Shown: one piece after another, positions 1 through 13,700 of the stretch | Layout: every line of letters begins with the position of its first letter | How positions within the stretch are numbered: the stretch's first letter is position 1 | NCBI GenBank assembly: GCA_000708835.1 | Contig: DF237253.1 | Coordinates: forward strand, 43,291 to 107,290 | Direction of reading: 5' to 3' | Length of the DNA stretch: 64,000 nucleotides | Origin: Klebsormidium nitens | Lineage: Eukaryota > Plantae > Klebsormidiophyceae | Program-made: the position numbers and the translations under genes | The notes under the pieces: model-generated | Told to the model about the DNA's origin: nothing | What the model saw: only the letters and a program-made list of their open reading frames with translations | The model's database searches: none

Positions 1-43
1 GTTTCTTAGAAACGTTTGCAAATTATCACGACGAGGGGCTCAC

Positions 44-89
44 CTTCTCTCCCGAGGGACGACGTCCGGGCTTGCTTTGCTAGCTTCTC
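44..89 (-). CDS. Putative internal exon of a minus-strand gene running off the left edge (EKLAKQARTSSLGRE)
   Basis: On the minus strand, a pyrimidine tract and CAG acceptor (tccttctgtccttacag) precede a 46-nt open stretch followed by a GTGAG donor. No homology recognised. Confidence 0.3.
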
Positions 90-1521
90 CTGTAAGGACA
101 GAAGGAACGCATACGGTTTCAGCCCGACTGACACGGTCACAAACTGACTGCACCGCCCTTTGCTGTTTCCCAGGTCCGATTCGAGAGGCAGCCAGAAGTC
201 GAGCGCATCTTCTGCTCCTGGCCGGGTCGAATAGACACCCCGGCGGCAAGCAGTCTGGGGTTTGAAGCCGACGAGTAAGGATTTTTACGGAGACCAAGTC
301 ATCATCATCTATGTCTGTCCGCTGAACAATCCTCTTCTCGCAACAGGAAGGCCATGAAAAGATGCGCTGACAAGGATGAGCGTTTGAGCGTTTTCATGCA
401 CGTGGGTTTCAGGACTTCTGGGCGCCTTCTCAGACGTAGGAAAGTCAGGAAGGAGGGGCGCCGCCTCTTGAGGATCTTCTTATTCAGAAGAGCTTGTTAC
501 TCATGGAATGATACTTTTTCGAGGTAGAGAGCCCAGCATATATCAGAGATTCACTCCGCGGGATGAAATGAACTTATCAAAGAATACATTCCGGAATTGG
601 AAGTCAGTAGCCGTTACCGGAGTTGGCTCTTGTCGGTTCGAGTTGAATGCAGCCTCTGAGCAGGGGACTCACATTATGCTCCGCCCGTTTTTTGCAGGAG
701 CATTGAGGAAGTGATCCGGGCTTTCATCGAGGTTGACCTCGAGATGCCGACCAATCCGTGAGCGACTGTCGGCCTCTCACCTGTGTTAGTTCATGTTTGA
801 CTGATAGTTACAAATGTAGGACAGTTTGTACATAGAGAGAAGTGAGACTGTCATATGTGTTGTCTTGATTGATTCGACGTAGCGAGCGAGGTACTTGATT
901 GGACTAAGCCTTTCAAAAGCGTTTGTCGAGTAATAGCGTTTGTGCGCCCGACCCAGTGCATTGAAACTTCACAAAACCAGTGACTGATTGATTTATGAGC
1001 GCGGCAGGACCGCACCGGCGGCCCGCCAAGCGAGTCATACACACAGGCGCGAGCACAGCATGCGCCGTTTGCTGCCTTCCTACGTACCCTCTTTAATTAG
1101 TGATCGTAAGGTGCTCGCCGTCCATACTTTCCAATTGCTGAATGCGTAAGCAAACGATCCAAGTGACGATTGAGTTGAGCGGATACATGCTCGATCATGC
1201 CGCCTCTTCCGAACTTACTTAGCTATTGATTGGATACAACTATTACCTGGGTATCACATAAGACGGTCGCACTACTTGTGTTGCACCGTTGAGGTGTGCC
1301 TTCAGTTGAAAGTGCCCATCAAAGTTGACGTATACGTGGGATGAGTCGAACACATGCAGCTATCATTATATACAATGAACCATTGGAGTGTTCCCTAGTC
1401 ATATATGATGTTCCCTAGTGGTATATGATGGCACTGTTTTCAACCACGTCGATCGCGATAAGTACGGCGTCTTCAACGCTACGGTTGTTCTCAAGGGGCC
1501 CTCAAGCAGAGAGCAGAGCTA

Positions 1522-1615
1522 GAGATTGAGATTGAGATTGAGATTGAGATTGAGATTGAGATTGAGATTGAGATTGAGATTGAGATCGAGAAATTGAGAT
1601 CGAGACTGAGATTGA
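1522..1615. repeat. (GATTGA)n hexanucleotide microsatellite
   Basis: About 10 perfect GATTGA units (1524-1583) followed by degenerate units. Confidence 0.95.
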
Positions 1616-1656
1616 TGCTAGAGGACCTGAAAAAGGACTAGTCTTAGGGTCATTTG

Positions 1657-1900
1657 TGAGACGTAAAGAAGCCCGCTTACCTACTAATAGTAAGCACGGC
1701 ACGGTAATATTGCATGGTCCTGGGTTTGTTTCTGGAACGGTACATCTGACCCCGTAGTTGAGTACATGTACAGCTCTGTGATTTAGGGAGGGGCAACTGG
1801 AACCTGATGCTCAAGAGGACTTACAATAAAACCTTTAGTTAGAGTTTGCTGACACGTAAAGAAGCCCTGATTACCTACTGACTAGAATCTCGGCACGGGT
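1657..1900 (+). repeat. Dispersed ~50-bp direct duplication
   Basis: tgagacgtaaagaagcccgcttacctactaatag...cacggcacgg near 1657 versus tgacacgtaaagaagccctgattacctactgactag...cggcacgg near 1850. Confidence 0.7.
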
Positions 1901-3980
1901 GTAACCCTGTCTTGTTTTATGGACGATATGCCCAACCTTGTACTAGCTTGATACATATAGGCTGTTTGGTTTTCAAAGTTTTCCAGCCACAACTGACGTC
2001 GTTTTAAAACAGAAAAAGCACCACGGTAGGGTGTGTCCCAATCTGTCGGAGGCTTTGACAATCGCCTTCAAGCCGCAGATCAATTAGTGTATTTAGCAGG
2101 CTCAGTATGAGCAATTGTGAAATGTAATCCGGTTAGTAAGCTGATCCTCGTTTGCTGAGTGCCGCGGGGGTCTTGGACCATCAAGCTCTACAGGTCTATC
2201 ATGCATCTAATAAGTATCCCCATGTCATCCGATATGCCCATTTTATCTGATATAATGCCTCGTTCAGGGGGCTTATATTTCATACCGGGCCATAACGGAG
2301 ACTGCACTTTGTCGGGTCAGATTGAGAAGTGCGGCACTCTCCGGCCGTTTGTTCGATCTCTAGCAGGATTCCGCTTCGCGTACGTTTATCGAAAAGGCAC
2401 CGGCCCCGTGTCGAAGCAACTTTCAGAAGCACTTGCCCCATGGTGTTCGAACACCATGAATACAACGAAGGGCTTGATTGAAATGCAATATGGCCTTTTA
2501 CAATAATCACTCTTTTTGAAATCGCGAAGCAGTGAAGAATGTTAAGAACGTATGTTATGAGCCGCCGCACTAGCTGTTAATAATTCTGGACATTCTCGCT
2601 AATCAGGCTGACAGGCAGTCGGCCCGGGGTCAAACACTGCACAGGATCCTGGCGTGATGCGGGGAGTTTAGGACGTCCGCTTTTGCCGCGACCGGGGCTG
2701 CTGGGCTGCCGGTGCAGCACCGTCGTTTTACACCCCGTCGTCTTACACCCCATCTGTGCCGTGAGATGCATCGCACGCTGTGATGCAGACTTCTATCAAT
2801 ATCAGTTTGCACGTGAACGATGAAATGCTTGAGAAGCGCCCAAACGGCGTCTTCTCTCAGCTTCGTCCGCGGCGGGACCCGTCCGAGCAGTGGGTGCCAG
2901 GCGGCCCTCTGCGCGCGCGCCGCGTGGCCGGCGATATGACTCGATTACGACAATTGTACACGTAGCTGGAGCCGCGCGATCAATCAAACAACTGAAGGGG
3001 GGCCGGCCTCAGAATGTCGGCCAGCTAATTTCTCTGAGCGGCCCAAAACATTAATTACGTACACTGAGCGGCTCGCGCCACTTCAATCTCAAAGCGTATG
3101 ACTTTGGTAAGGAATCTCGTCGATCTGGGCCAATTGTGATGAGTACGACTGGCGCCTGCCTTAATCTCGTCTACAAACAAAGCGTCTGCTGACTGCACGA
3201 AGCCGTCACGCATGAAGTTAGCGACTGCAAACATTTCGTGCAAGAAGACTTTGGCAGCGCGCGGTGCTCGCGAACGCCATGCTGACATGCAGCTAGCCCG
3301 GCCCGCGGACAGTGCATCCGCTAGCGCGCCCGGGGCGGAGGGCCCGTTTTCCCGGGCTAGCTGCCTGAGGCCGGGCAACGGACTGGCGGAAAATCTTCTG
3401 GGGGATCTACCATCCCCGGGCATAGTCGATTGCCCGAAGGTAAGGCCGGGGAAAGACTCCCCGAGATGTCGCGCGTCCGGTGATATGAGATCAGACGGGG
3501 GAACGTGCATGTATCGAGAATTGACATATGTCACAATCTACCAGAGTGCTGCACCTACCCGTAATTTGTCGTCATCCAGAAACCAATTCAGCAATCAAAA
3601 TAGTGCCTGGCCACGGCTCTGGTTCCTGGCACCCGGTACAATCAAGATCCGTTTGTTTGGACAGCTGAGGCACAATATTCCAAACCATTTAGTGACTTCA
3701 TCACGACTCCGCATTAGTACCAAGGTAACATGGGGGTAACATATCCCATTTTGGCATGGCACCTGATGATGTTGACGTGTCATATATCCGTAAACGGCCA
3801 CCTCATCTGCATATCTAGGTCAAACCATGCAATAATGATCCAGCACGACCACCCAGCTTTGTTGTTTTTTCAGAAACAGTCTTGAAGCATAACATTGTTC
3901 AGGAAATCGAGCACATGATGGGATAGAGGTTGTTGGCTTCTGACATTCGCTGATCCAAAATGTGGGAACGACGAACAGCT

Positions 3981-6943
3981 TTAAATCTTTGTACTATAAG
4001 CGCGAAATAAGTAAGTATACTGCACACCCCTTGCCAGCAGGGGATGAGTCCGGTCCATGGTTGACTGATCTTCATGGACGGTTCCCCCTCGAACTCTGCC
4101 TTCCGCTAGCATCATTTCTAGTCCTGGTTCATTAGGCTTGATGAGGCCATCTGACCCTAGTGGACAGCCACAATATATCAATCTGAACAACCTAATCCTT
4201 TTTCAAAATTGTTGGAATTGGTCCATTGTCCCTTTCACACAAAGCTGCCCCTCTGTGATGATATGGAAGGACTCGATGCTTTCCCAGCCGTTCCCTATGT
4301 CAACAGACACGTCACAGAATTTCTCTCCGCCCCAGAAGGAGAACTCTTTCAAGCCTCGGAGCGACGAAAGTCCGGTGATGTTCATGAACCCGTCTTTCGC
4401 TTCCCTTGTTGACTCTATGTGAACCGACTCCAGTTTTGAGCCGCATTGTTGAAGAATTCTCAGATCCTCCCCGGATTCTAAGTCGATCGATTGGAGGTTT
4501 TTGAGGGAACGGACAGAGGGAGGTATTGTGCCAAGAAAGACAAGCTCCTCGACGCTTGGGATGTTTGCTAGCCGGTGGAGTCCAAGTATGCTGGAGTAGG
4601 TTGAATCCTGGACCACCAAACGTCCTAGAGACACGGTCTGCAAGTATGAAGAGGGATACCCAATATAACCCGCCATCAAAACTCGTTGAGCCGGTAATGT
4701 ACATTGGCATAGGTTTGTTCGTTCTGACCTTAGATTCCCAGACAAACGCACGTCATGTTCTGAAAGTTGAACACTGAGGTGCGGAAGTATGCCATGCCAG
4801 ACCTTCTTCAAGATTCAATCATGATATAGTGCCACGCATTACACAAAGCTGCACGTTGCGGACCGAAGAGCATTTGAAGAGATCGAGTCCTCACTTGGAG
4901 GCTGTGCAGATTCGGTAACCAAAGGGGAACGTTGAGCAACCATGCCCCGCCTATTCTCAGTTCCGTTAGGTTTTCAAGGAGACCGATTGGATCGAGGTCC
5001 TTCACTCCGCAAGAGTGCCTTTGGGAGAGGCCGAGATGCAAAACCTGTCAGGAAATAAGCTAGGCTTAACGAGGAATTAACAGTTCCTCCTGATTGAAGT
5101 GACAACAAGTGAGTATTACGTGCTCGCTGCAAGAGGATAGCTGCACGAAGCGGAAGCTTTTTCCAAGCGCGGTAATCCGGCTGCGATTCGTCCTTTACGA
5201 CCACTTTTTCTATTACTGTCTACCTCGAGCCAGTACAGAATCTTTGCGAACAATCTCGTTCGGTATCATTGGGCTTGGGTCGACACACGTCAGTCTTGGT
5301 CGACTGATTGAGAAAAGGGTACAAATAGAGGAGAGAAGTCAAAGCCCGTGGACGAAGGTATACTTGAGAAAGGAAAGGTGCAAAGCACAACAACAAAATG
5401 GGGACCGAAAGAAAAAGTGAAGAGGTTATAATTTGGGATCGTGTCATACCTTCAATTGTGTGAGGTTTGCCAGTCGTTTGAAGCCTGGGAAAGTTGAGCA
5501 CGTTGAATATTGGGAAAGGAAGGCTTCCTTCAAGGACCCGGGAAGGTAATCAAAGTTGGTTTGGGTCTCCTCATCTCCGAAAGCAAGAGAGACGACTTGC
5601 AAGTGATCTGCTTTGCTCAACCACTTTAGGGCGTCTTGTCCAACCTGGGCGACCTGCAAGAAGAAAGTTGCACTTCAGGTCAGATGACGATATTGCCAGC
5701 AATAGGTCAGGATTCATTTGATGCAACCCAGCCCTTTGCATCAGCTGCACCTCATGACTGCAGCGTTCAACGACATATGTTCCGAGAGAAAGAAACAACT
5801 TCGAAGACTTCCGAGAGAAAGAAACAACTTCGAAGACTTCAAGTCACGCATACAATACTGAGAGATTGCCAATACGGTCACGAATGTTGACCTGTCAACA
5901 CCAATGCTGGACCCACTATATAACGCCCACTCGTGCAGAACCAACTGAATCGGATTTAAGTCGGGCTTCTGGCAACAGCCCGTAGATTAATTGCTAAAAG
6001 GCTTGCTCGGATCATTCATTTTTGCTGCTCGGAGCGATTGAAGTTCCTTGCCTTCATTCTGACGAAATCAACCTTCTTCAGCTGACGTGCTTGAGGCAAA
6101 ACCTGAGCGAGTTGCTCAACCGTGAGAAGAGGCGCACAGTTGAGCGTCTTTCGGAACGCCAGGCCTTCACAATCCTGAGGCTCTTCAAGCTACTCCAATG
6201 CCGCTTGAAGTACTGCATGAATCCGTCGTTATATGGGCAAAAGCTCTCCTCTTCCGGAATCATGGAGTCGTTCGTGGGAAGGAAGAGGAACACAGTAAGC
6301 TCCGGCCAATTGCACTGGTCCCGAACCAGGTCCCGCCAGGACTTGCAAGCAAGGCTGCAAAATATCGAGAAAGCACATTCTCAAAAACGCAAGTGTTGCG
6401 AATTAAGGGTGAAAGGTTCAGATGCAACTTCAATGCATTGCTTCTTTACAAGTCTACCAGTCAGCAGATTACTAGTCCTCCCAAAAAGCACGTGGGTCTG
6501 ATCATCTCAGAAACAAGGGCATCTTCACAGAACACTGACAATGGTTTCGTGAAAAAATGGAGCAGCTATGCAATCAGCACATGCAGGCAGAGTGAGGCAA
6601 TGTCAAATATATGGAATTCTCTCCATCAGGATTCAGCACACAGCTTGGAGCCCGGAGTATACTTGGTCAACTCCTTGCTACACCAGATCACGATGCAGGC
6701 TATTGGTGAGTCGATCGTCAGATAAGTTGGAGATGGTAGAAGCTTGCGTGATTCTCATGGAGCCAATGGTAAGGGGAGCCGATGGTAAGGGGTGGCAAAA
6801 TGTTCTTACCTGCACCTTGAAAGACCCTGAGCCCTTCTAATACACTCACTGCCAACTTGCAAACCGAGGCCTCTTGCATCTGAGGCGCTGCTGATGATTC
6901 TCGCTTGCAAATCTTCAGGCAAGTCAAGGACTGAAAAAGCCAT
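3981..6943 (-). pseudogene. F-box/LRR-repeat protein pseudogene (three lesions)
   Basis: Exon 6943-6810 spliced to the exon starting at 6354 gives the F-box MAFSVLDLPEDLQARII...LSRCSLACKSWRDLVRD..W. Later exons are LRR-like (~5650-5450 FKRLANLTQLK; ~5047-4898 LENLTELRI; ~4640-4203 LKNLQSIDL, LRGLKEFSF). Lesions: a frameshift near 6165-6190, a 29-bp duplication at 5781-5840, and an in-frame TGA at 4205-4203 with the frame continuing to 3981. Confidence 0.75.
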
Positions 6944-7753
6944 GCTGCTCGGCTTCTGTGAAACTTCTAATTTGCAAATGCAAGTCTGCAATCCGGCTTG
7001 AATTGCGAAACTCCACCAGGATCCTGGCCCGCCAGCCCCGCCGCCAGCTAAACTATTGAACTCTCAACAGAAAAGCGCATTAACCTACTATCAATCGGAC
7101 GACGAAGGTCTCTGCAAACACGCCAGGAAGTCTTTCAAGATTCACTGCCTATAGATGCAGGCATCCGCATCTATAGGCGGCTTGCACGGCGCCCGCACGG
7201 CGCAACGCGGCCGCGCTTATTGGTCCCAGGTAGGAGCCCTAAGGGTTTCTGGGTTTGGCCATACGCCGCGATTATGCTGCCCCCGAAACCCGCGCGCGCG
7301 CTGCTGCTTTCTCAAGAGATTTCGCCAGGGGGGGGGTGCTCTTTCCCCGGTTGGGACCCCTGATTTGTTGTTTATCTTCATAGGCCAGGGGGAATGCTCA
7401 CATGAATCAAATGCAGATTGCAGCCTGCGCCTTTTCACCAAGCCTCCATTGCACCAAAAGCCAGCGCTTGCGGTATAAGATGTGGACGGCTTCTGTCTTT
7501 CAAGGCATCTGGATTGATGCATCATCTTGGTAGGTATGTGGTTGGCATCTCTTTCTTTCGCAGCCGGGGTTCATGCGATTTACTTTGTAAAGAGCAAAGG
7601 AATGCTCAAGGTGCCTTTCAGGCAAGGAACCAGTCCTCTCCTAAACTTGTGGATCACAAGTCTGAAAGGTTCCGTAGTGTGCCCTCCTTTGTTCTCTACC
7701 TAGGACGGATGAGACTTCTTGGACCTTGTTGATGTAGCTCTGTTTAGAAGAGG

Positions 7754-10700
7754 ATGGATAGCTTTGTCTGCGGGCACTGCAAGCGGGAGCAGAATCTGGA
7801 GGATGCCGGGGGCTCAGGGGTCTGCACTTGCACAAATTGTGGAGCATTATTGCAAGGTAAATTACTTGAGACTTCATTGCAGCCTTTGCGTCTTCATTGG
7901 CTCTATTGATGCCCGCTGAGTGGTAAAGTTCTCCGCGTGCAGACACAATGCACTTGAAACCTGAAGAAAGACTCATTGTCCAGAGTGTCATATTGGTTCT
8001 ATTGTGAGACCCCAACAGGAGAACCTCTCAACTCTTCTGTCCAGCATCTTACCTGAGCAAAAAGTAAAACTTTTAGCTGGACTTTGTGAGTCATGTAAAA
8101 GCAAGTCCAAGGAATGGGTGAAAGTGCCCTTTCTTGAGTGTACTGCAATTGCCTTGCTACTATTAGATCTGATAGCTACTGCAGGTTGCCTCCTTGGAAC
8201 GCACCGCTCAATCTTAACCAATTTCCTGCTTGAAAGCATGGATAGTTGAATGCACTCACGTGTTCATAGAAGGTTTCTTTTTTGTAGTATCCGAGTGCCG
8301 TTAAGCACTGCAGCCGTCTTGGGTTTCTCCCAAGTCATTTGCAGTCTGCACACTGTTGCCAGGTATCAAACATCTGTGGTCGACCTTGGGGAATCCTTCT
8401 TAGTAGCTGGACGATCTTCGACGCCTGATCTCAGAATTTTCACGACTTGTGAGATCAGCATGCTTCTTTGAACTTGCGATGCTTCGAGTTTTCCACACCA
8501 CTTAGGACAGTGCCGGAATAGTCACCTCATTCCCCATCGAATCAGGTTCTGTGTAGAGAAGACTGGGCCTCTCAGAGTGGTACCAATCTATTGCTCATGC
8601 CAGGAGGGACGCATTGATAGCTGAGGAACTTCCTGCGCAACGCTATTTTGCTCCTTTTGTGCTCCTATTTTCAACGCCAATGTTTGCTTCAACCACTTAG
8701 CCTTTTGCTTGGCCCCTAGCCTTGTGCAATCCAAGTCTGGTTGTTCTCTTCCGGTGAACGCCCGACTCATTGAGAAGACAGCTCGAAGAGTGCAAACTGC
8801 CGATCTTGCTCGCTTCCTTGCAGTGCCCAGTCTCCAAGTTCTCTACCGCTCGGCCCTTCCTCCCGTCGCTCAAATCCTGGAGGCCCCAAAACCCGGGTCT
8901 CCTTCCATCCCCCCAACAACAAGTCCTAAGCACACGGGTGACACTGCGGAAAACAGGGCCTCCCAGTCTGGGGTGGTATCAAGTCGCCCGGTCCCGCTTC
9001 AGCCTAGGTCTGCCGCGCCCCAGAGCGTCGACAGGCGGCTTCAGGAGGAGATGGAAGCTTATCAGCCCAAGGCTACACACTCCCTTTCGCGGAGCAGTTT
9101 GTTTGCAAACGCCCCCACAAGTCCAATCCGCGCCAACAGTGTGAAGACTGTTGACATCTCTGGGGGTTCTCTTTTGCGAGCGCCTCTGGGCCGGGGGGTG
9201 CAAAACGTGGGTATTTCGGGGGACTCCGTTTCACCGAAATCTCCAGAGGGGCAGGAGAGAACGTCGCTAAGCAGCCCTGAAACAACGTCAGTCAGCCTCT
9301 CCTTCGGACCGAAGCTTCTCCTGCTCCCCGGAAGCGGAAGAGCTTCCATACCCCCCTCAACGATGGAAAAGCCCGCCGCTGATGTCACAGGGGGGGCTCA
9401 AGAAGTGGTCTCTGCTGCGGGTTCGCCTAGCTGTGAATCAGTTGGGCCAACATCCGGCGCTGGGATCGTTTCCCACCGACGAGCTCCGTCCACCGATTCG
9501 GACGGGTCTTCCGCTTCTTCCAGGAGACTGCGGGCCTTCTCTGCGAAACCGGTGACGGAGTCAGACCTCCCCCCTGGAGTGAACATCTATGTTGCGCAAC
9601 CGGTTGTTCCTGACGGGAGCGAGGACGACATGCCGGAGTTCTGGGCCAAGCCTGCAGAACCCCCCCCAGGTCCACAGGGAAACCTTCCCCCCGGAACACA
9701 CGTTTTTATCGCGCAGCCGTATGTCCCTGGGAAAACCGAGGACAAGGCTACTGAGGGCAGACCCGCAAATCCTGCACCCCCCCTTGATTCTTGGTCCAAA
9801 TCCCCCCCCAGCACAAACTCCATTGAACCGTCCCCGTATGCCTCCAGTCAATACACAGACACGGCGCGAGAGACGGGCCCCCCAGAGCCTGCCCCCCCGT
9901 TTGATCAGCTGGTAGAGCTCCCCCCTGCAGCGAGCGTCTATGGTGCGCAACCCTTGGTCGACAACAAGGAGAAGACGCTGGAGGCTTGGGTGAAACCTGC
10001 AGCTCCCGACCCTGGTTTCCAGGCAAACTCCGACCCTGGTTCCTCGTTAAACCCTGACCCAGGTATCTGGACACATACTGACGCAGGTTTCCAGGCAAGC
10101 TCTGACCCCTGGAGCGAAGTAGGGGCGGAGAAGGTTTGGGAGGGCGACGTGCTCCGGATTTCGGGTGCCAGCGGTGCGAAGGCGAAGAGCAAAGAGGAGC
10201 CGGCAAAACCTCCCTTTCAAGCTGCCCATGTTCCTGTGGGACCCATAAGCCCCCCGGAGCGAGACTCGCAGCTTGAAACCCAAAGAACGCCCCCCATCTT
10301 TGACGAGCCACAAGTGCCACCCGAAACGGAGATTCCAATCGGGACTGACAGAGCGGAGCCCGTTGTGCCGCTAAGCCTCCGGCGAGTGAACTTAGGCCGT
10401 AACTCGGGGGGGGAGGATTCAGGCGTCCCGACCACCCCCCCAACGGGATCCGGCGCCCCTACAGTGAGCCCCACAATCCAGAGAGCGATGCTCGAGTATC
10501 AGAAGATGAAGGCGCTTTTAATGGGGGGTAAAAGCAAGTCCGATCCGCCGAGGGGGGTTCAGGATACCACAGCATCGGACCGGGGGGGGTCGGAAGCCGA
10601 AGAGGGGGCAGGGTCTGATCAGGAAGTGTTTGAGGAAATTGATTTGGACGAGGGGGGTGGGTCTAAGGCGGAAGCGGAAGCGGGGGGCTTTAAGTCGGGG

Positions 10701-13700
10701 CTGAAAAAGTGGGCGTCTGGAATGGAGGGACTCTTGCGTGGGGTGTCGGTTGGAAAGGGTTCCGACAAGAGTGATACAGACCAGAGTCAGGATGATCTAC
10801 GCGGAGGGGGGGTCCTTAAGAAAGCGGGTTCGTGGGGGTGGGAAGAGGAGCGAGCGGTCGGTTCAGACAGCCTGCCTGTTGCAGAAAAAAAGAGTGTAAG
10901 CAAAGAGGGGGAGAATCAAACGACGATTGAGAGGGGAGAGTCGACGGTTGGAGAAGGAAAGAGTGTGCGGAAAGCGGGGGAGGATCGGACAACCATCGAG
11001 GAGGGAGGCTCGGTCGGAAGGACGGGGAGGGGGGCAGAGATACTTGTTCCCAAAGGAGTGGAAATCGCGATCGGTGAAGCGAAAGCACGGAGCGATGTCC
11101 CGGCACCTATTAGGAGGGCAGTTTCGGAACCGGTGGCTTTGGAAGGGGGGGGTCCTGGAAGCAGCAGTCTGAGGGGGGTGGGCAGACAAGCTAGCTCAGG
11201 AAATATGATCGGTGAGGAGAAGAGTTTCAAGCAGGTAGGGACCGGAGCCAACAGCGGCAGAAACCTCGTCGCAATGGGGGGGTCCGGAAGCGGGAGTTTC
11301 AGGGGGGGGGCGGAGGTGAGCCGCAGTGGGAATTACGGCAGCACCAGCAGCTTGGGTGCGTGGAGCGATGACTCGGAGTGTGAATACGTTCGCACGGTGG
11401 AAAGAGTTCCGTTGGAAGAAGGGGGGTATGTGATTCGGGCTGTGATGAAGAAGGTTCCAAGAAGCGGACAATCATCGCCGCATCCCGGCGGGAGCCGGGG
11501 CGCAAGTCCGGAACCCGCTGGAGACAACCGGCAGAGTGACGTGGCACCCGCTGCGAAAGGTCTGCAAAGTGACGTTGCACCCGCCGAGAGAGCTTCGCGG
11601 AGTGAGGTGGCTCCCGTTGAGAAAAGTGGGCGGAGTGACGTCACATCTGCTGGCAAAGGGTCGGGGAATACGGTCGCACCTTCTCGGGGAGGCTTGGGAA
11701 GTGACGTGGCACCTGCCGGCAAAGGGTTCCGGAGTGACGTGGCACCGTCAGGGCAGGGCTTGAGCGGGGAGGAGGGACTTCCGATTGGCGTGAGGGAGGA
11801 TACGGAGAACCGGCAGTCACCGGGCGTAGTAAGAGACGGCGTGGGAACTAGAGAGGGGCCAGAGCCCAGCGGAAGGGTCTCAGAACGGGACGGGGCAAGT
11901 CGGAAAGTTTCGAGGGATCGGAAGCATTCAGAACCCAAGCAATCAGAACCGGAAGCGAAACTAGAAGGGACTGTTAGGGCTTCGGCAGGTGCAGAGTCCA
12001 ACAGCGGGATTGTGGAGACGAGTAGCAGTGTGGAGAAACTTTTGGAGAGGGACGGACTGTCCGGAGTGGTATCTGGGGCTGGAGAGGGAGTGAAGAATTC
12101 GGATAACGGAGTGGTCCCGAAACGGCAGGGGGACTTTGCAGACGGAGAAGGAAATGCGGAAAAGGAAACGGCCAAGGCTGAGTCGTTTCTCCCCACGACA
12201 AACCTAAGAAACCAGTCGTTGGAGGACAAAACTCTTGTTCGTGGGGGTTCGCAGCCGGCTCATAAAACGGGCACACTGACCACTGACGACCCCCTTAGGA
12301 CGGGGCCAGAGCGCACAGCCAGTGCGCCCCTTACGGAGTCCGTGACGTCAGCGGAAGCGAAGATTGCGTCATCCAGGCGGCCGGGAAAGTTTCCCGGGCT
12401 GTCACGGATTGCGGTTCCGCCCCCAGCGGAGCGGACGGAACCTTCCGCCGAGACGCCGAAAGTGATGTCAGCGAGAACGAAGACGGTGCGGCCGGAGATG
12501 CGGACCGGTGCGCCTAGTGCAGCGGAAGCGGGTACTACAGCGTCCCCAGGTAAGGAAATTTTGGCTTGTCACGCTTGTTGGATTCGCTCCTTTTTCAAAA
12601 ACATTGGTTCTGATACATCATTTTCCTTGATTATTTTGTAAATTAGAGGAAGACATTGGGTTCTGACCTCAGGTTTTCTTTCGGGCTAGCTTGCGCTCGT
12701 GAGCGGTTGAAGCGATCACCGCTCTGGAGTTGCTCAATACAGTTTCTTTGTGAACGGAGTCGTTCGGATAACGACGAGGTTCAAGAAGAGCTGCGTTATC
12801 CTCAAAGTGCGTGCGAGACCTAGTGCATGATACTATTTCAACCCGTTCAAGTGTCTTACCAGGATTTACATCAAAGTCAATCTGCTTCCGAGACATGCGG
12901 GGTGTTAAAGCCTGTTCCATCAACGCCGTTTATGTTGATTTTTTTCTTATCGACACTCTCTCTTTTTGGTGCTCAAAACCTTCGAACCTGCTTTCTTCCA
13001 TTTCCTGACTTTACAAGGCTCCAAACGATTGTGTGTAGATGTCACGTTACGTTTTTCCTGCGAGAAGAACGTATTACGGGCATCCTCCTGGATGATGCGT
13101 CGCACCTTCTGTACGTTGTTCTGTAGTGCTGACATAAGCAACCTGTTAATCTCCCTCCAGTTGTGACAACCGTTCCGTTGAAGTCCGACTCTCAACGGAT
13201 CCACGGACCTGCCTTCGCCGTCTCCAAGCCTCCACCTCTCCCTAACCTAGCCCCTAACCTGGGAGCCTCGGCACCCCTACCACCCTCAAGAACGCAACCT
13301 GTCTTCTCTGATAACGCCGGACGCTTTCCTCAGAAGACCGCCGCCATCTCTTCCCCCTCCGGCGCTTTCCCTCACGGCGATCTATACCCCTTCATCGGCT
13401 ACGCCGGCGAACCCGATCTCAAACCTGCCTCTAACCTGCCGCTAAACCCGCCCGCTAACCCGCTTCCTAACCCCGCCCAAACGGAGAGCAAACCTTTGGA
13501 TGGGCCCCCTGTGTTTCCAGTGCGTCAGACACCCCCTTCGTCGCCAAAGCTGTCAATAAGCCCTCCGACTGACCACGTTCCCTGGACCGAAAAGGCCCTC
13601 AGCCCGACTGCTTCCGCCGAACTCCCCGTAACCAAGCTGGAGATCAAACCCCTACCGGCGGATAATAGCAAGGCGCTACAAACCTCTGGTTCTATTCTTC

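Noticed and set aside
2159-3800. Overlapping 60-175-aa ORFs in a GC/palindrome-rich stretch
   Set aside because: No domain or splice support; probably decayed repeat DNA that I cannot classify.
4200-4205. In-frame TGA in the F-box gene as selenocysteine or readthrough
   Set aside because: Two other lesions lie upstream and no SECIS is evident; pseudogenisation is simpler.
11333-12229. 298-aa minus ORF and other long antisense ORFs over XLG exons (e.g. 9748-10443, 13525-14259)
   Set aside because: Antisense shadows of GC-rich coding exons; no domains or independent splice signals.
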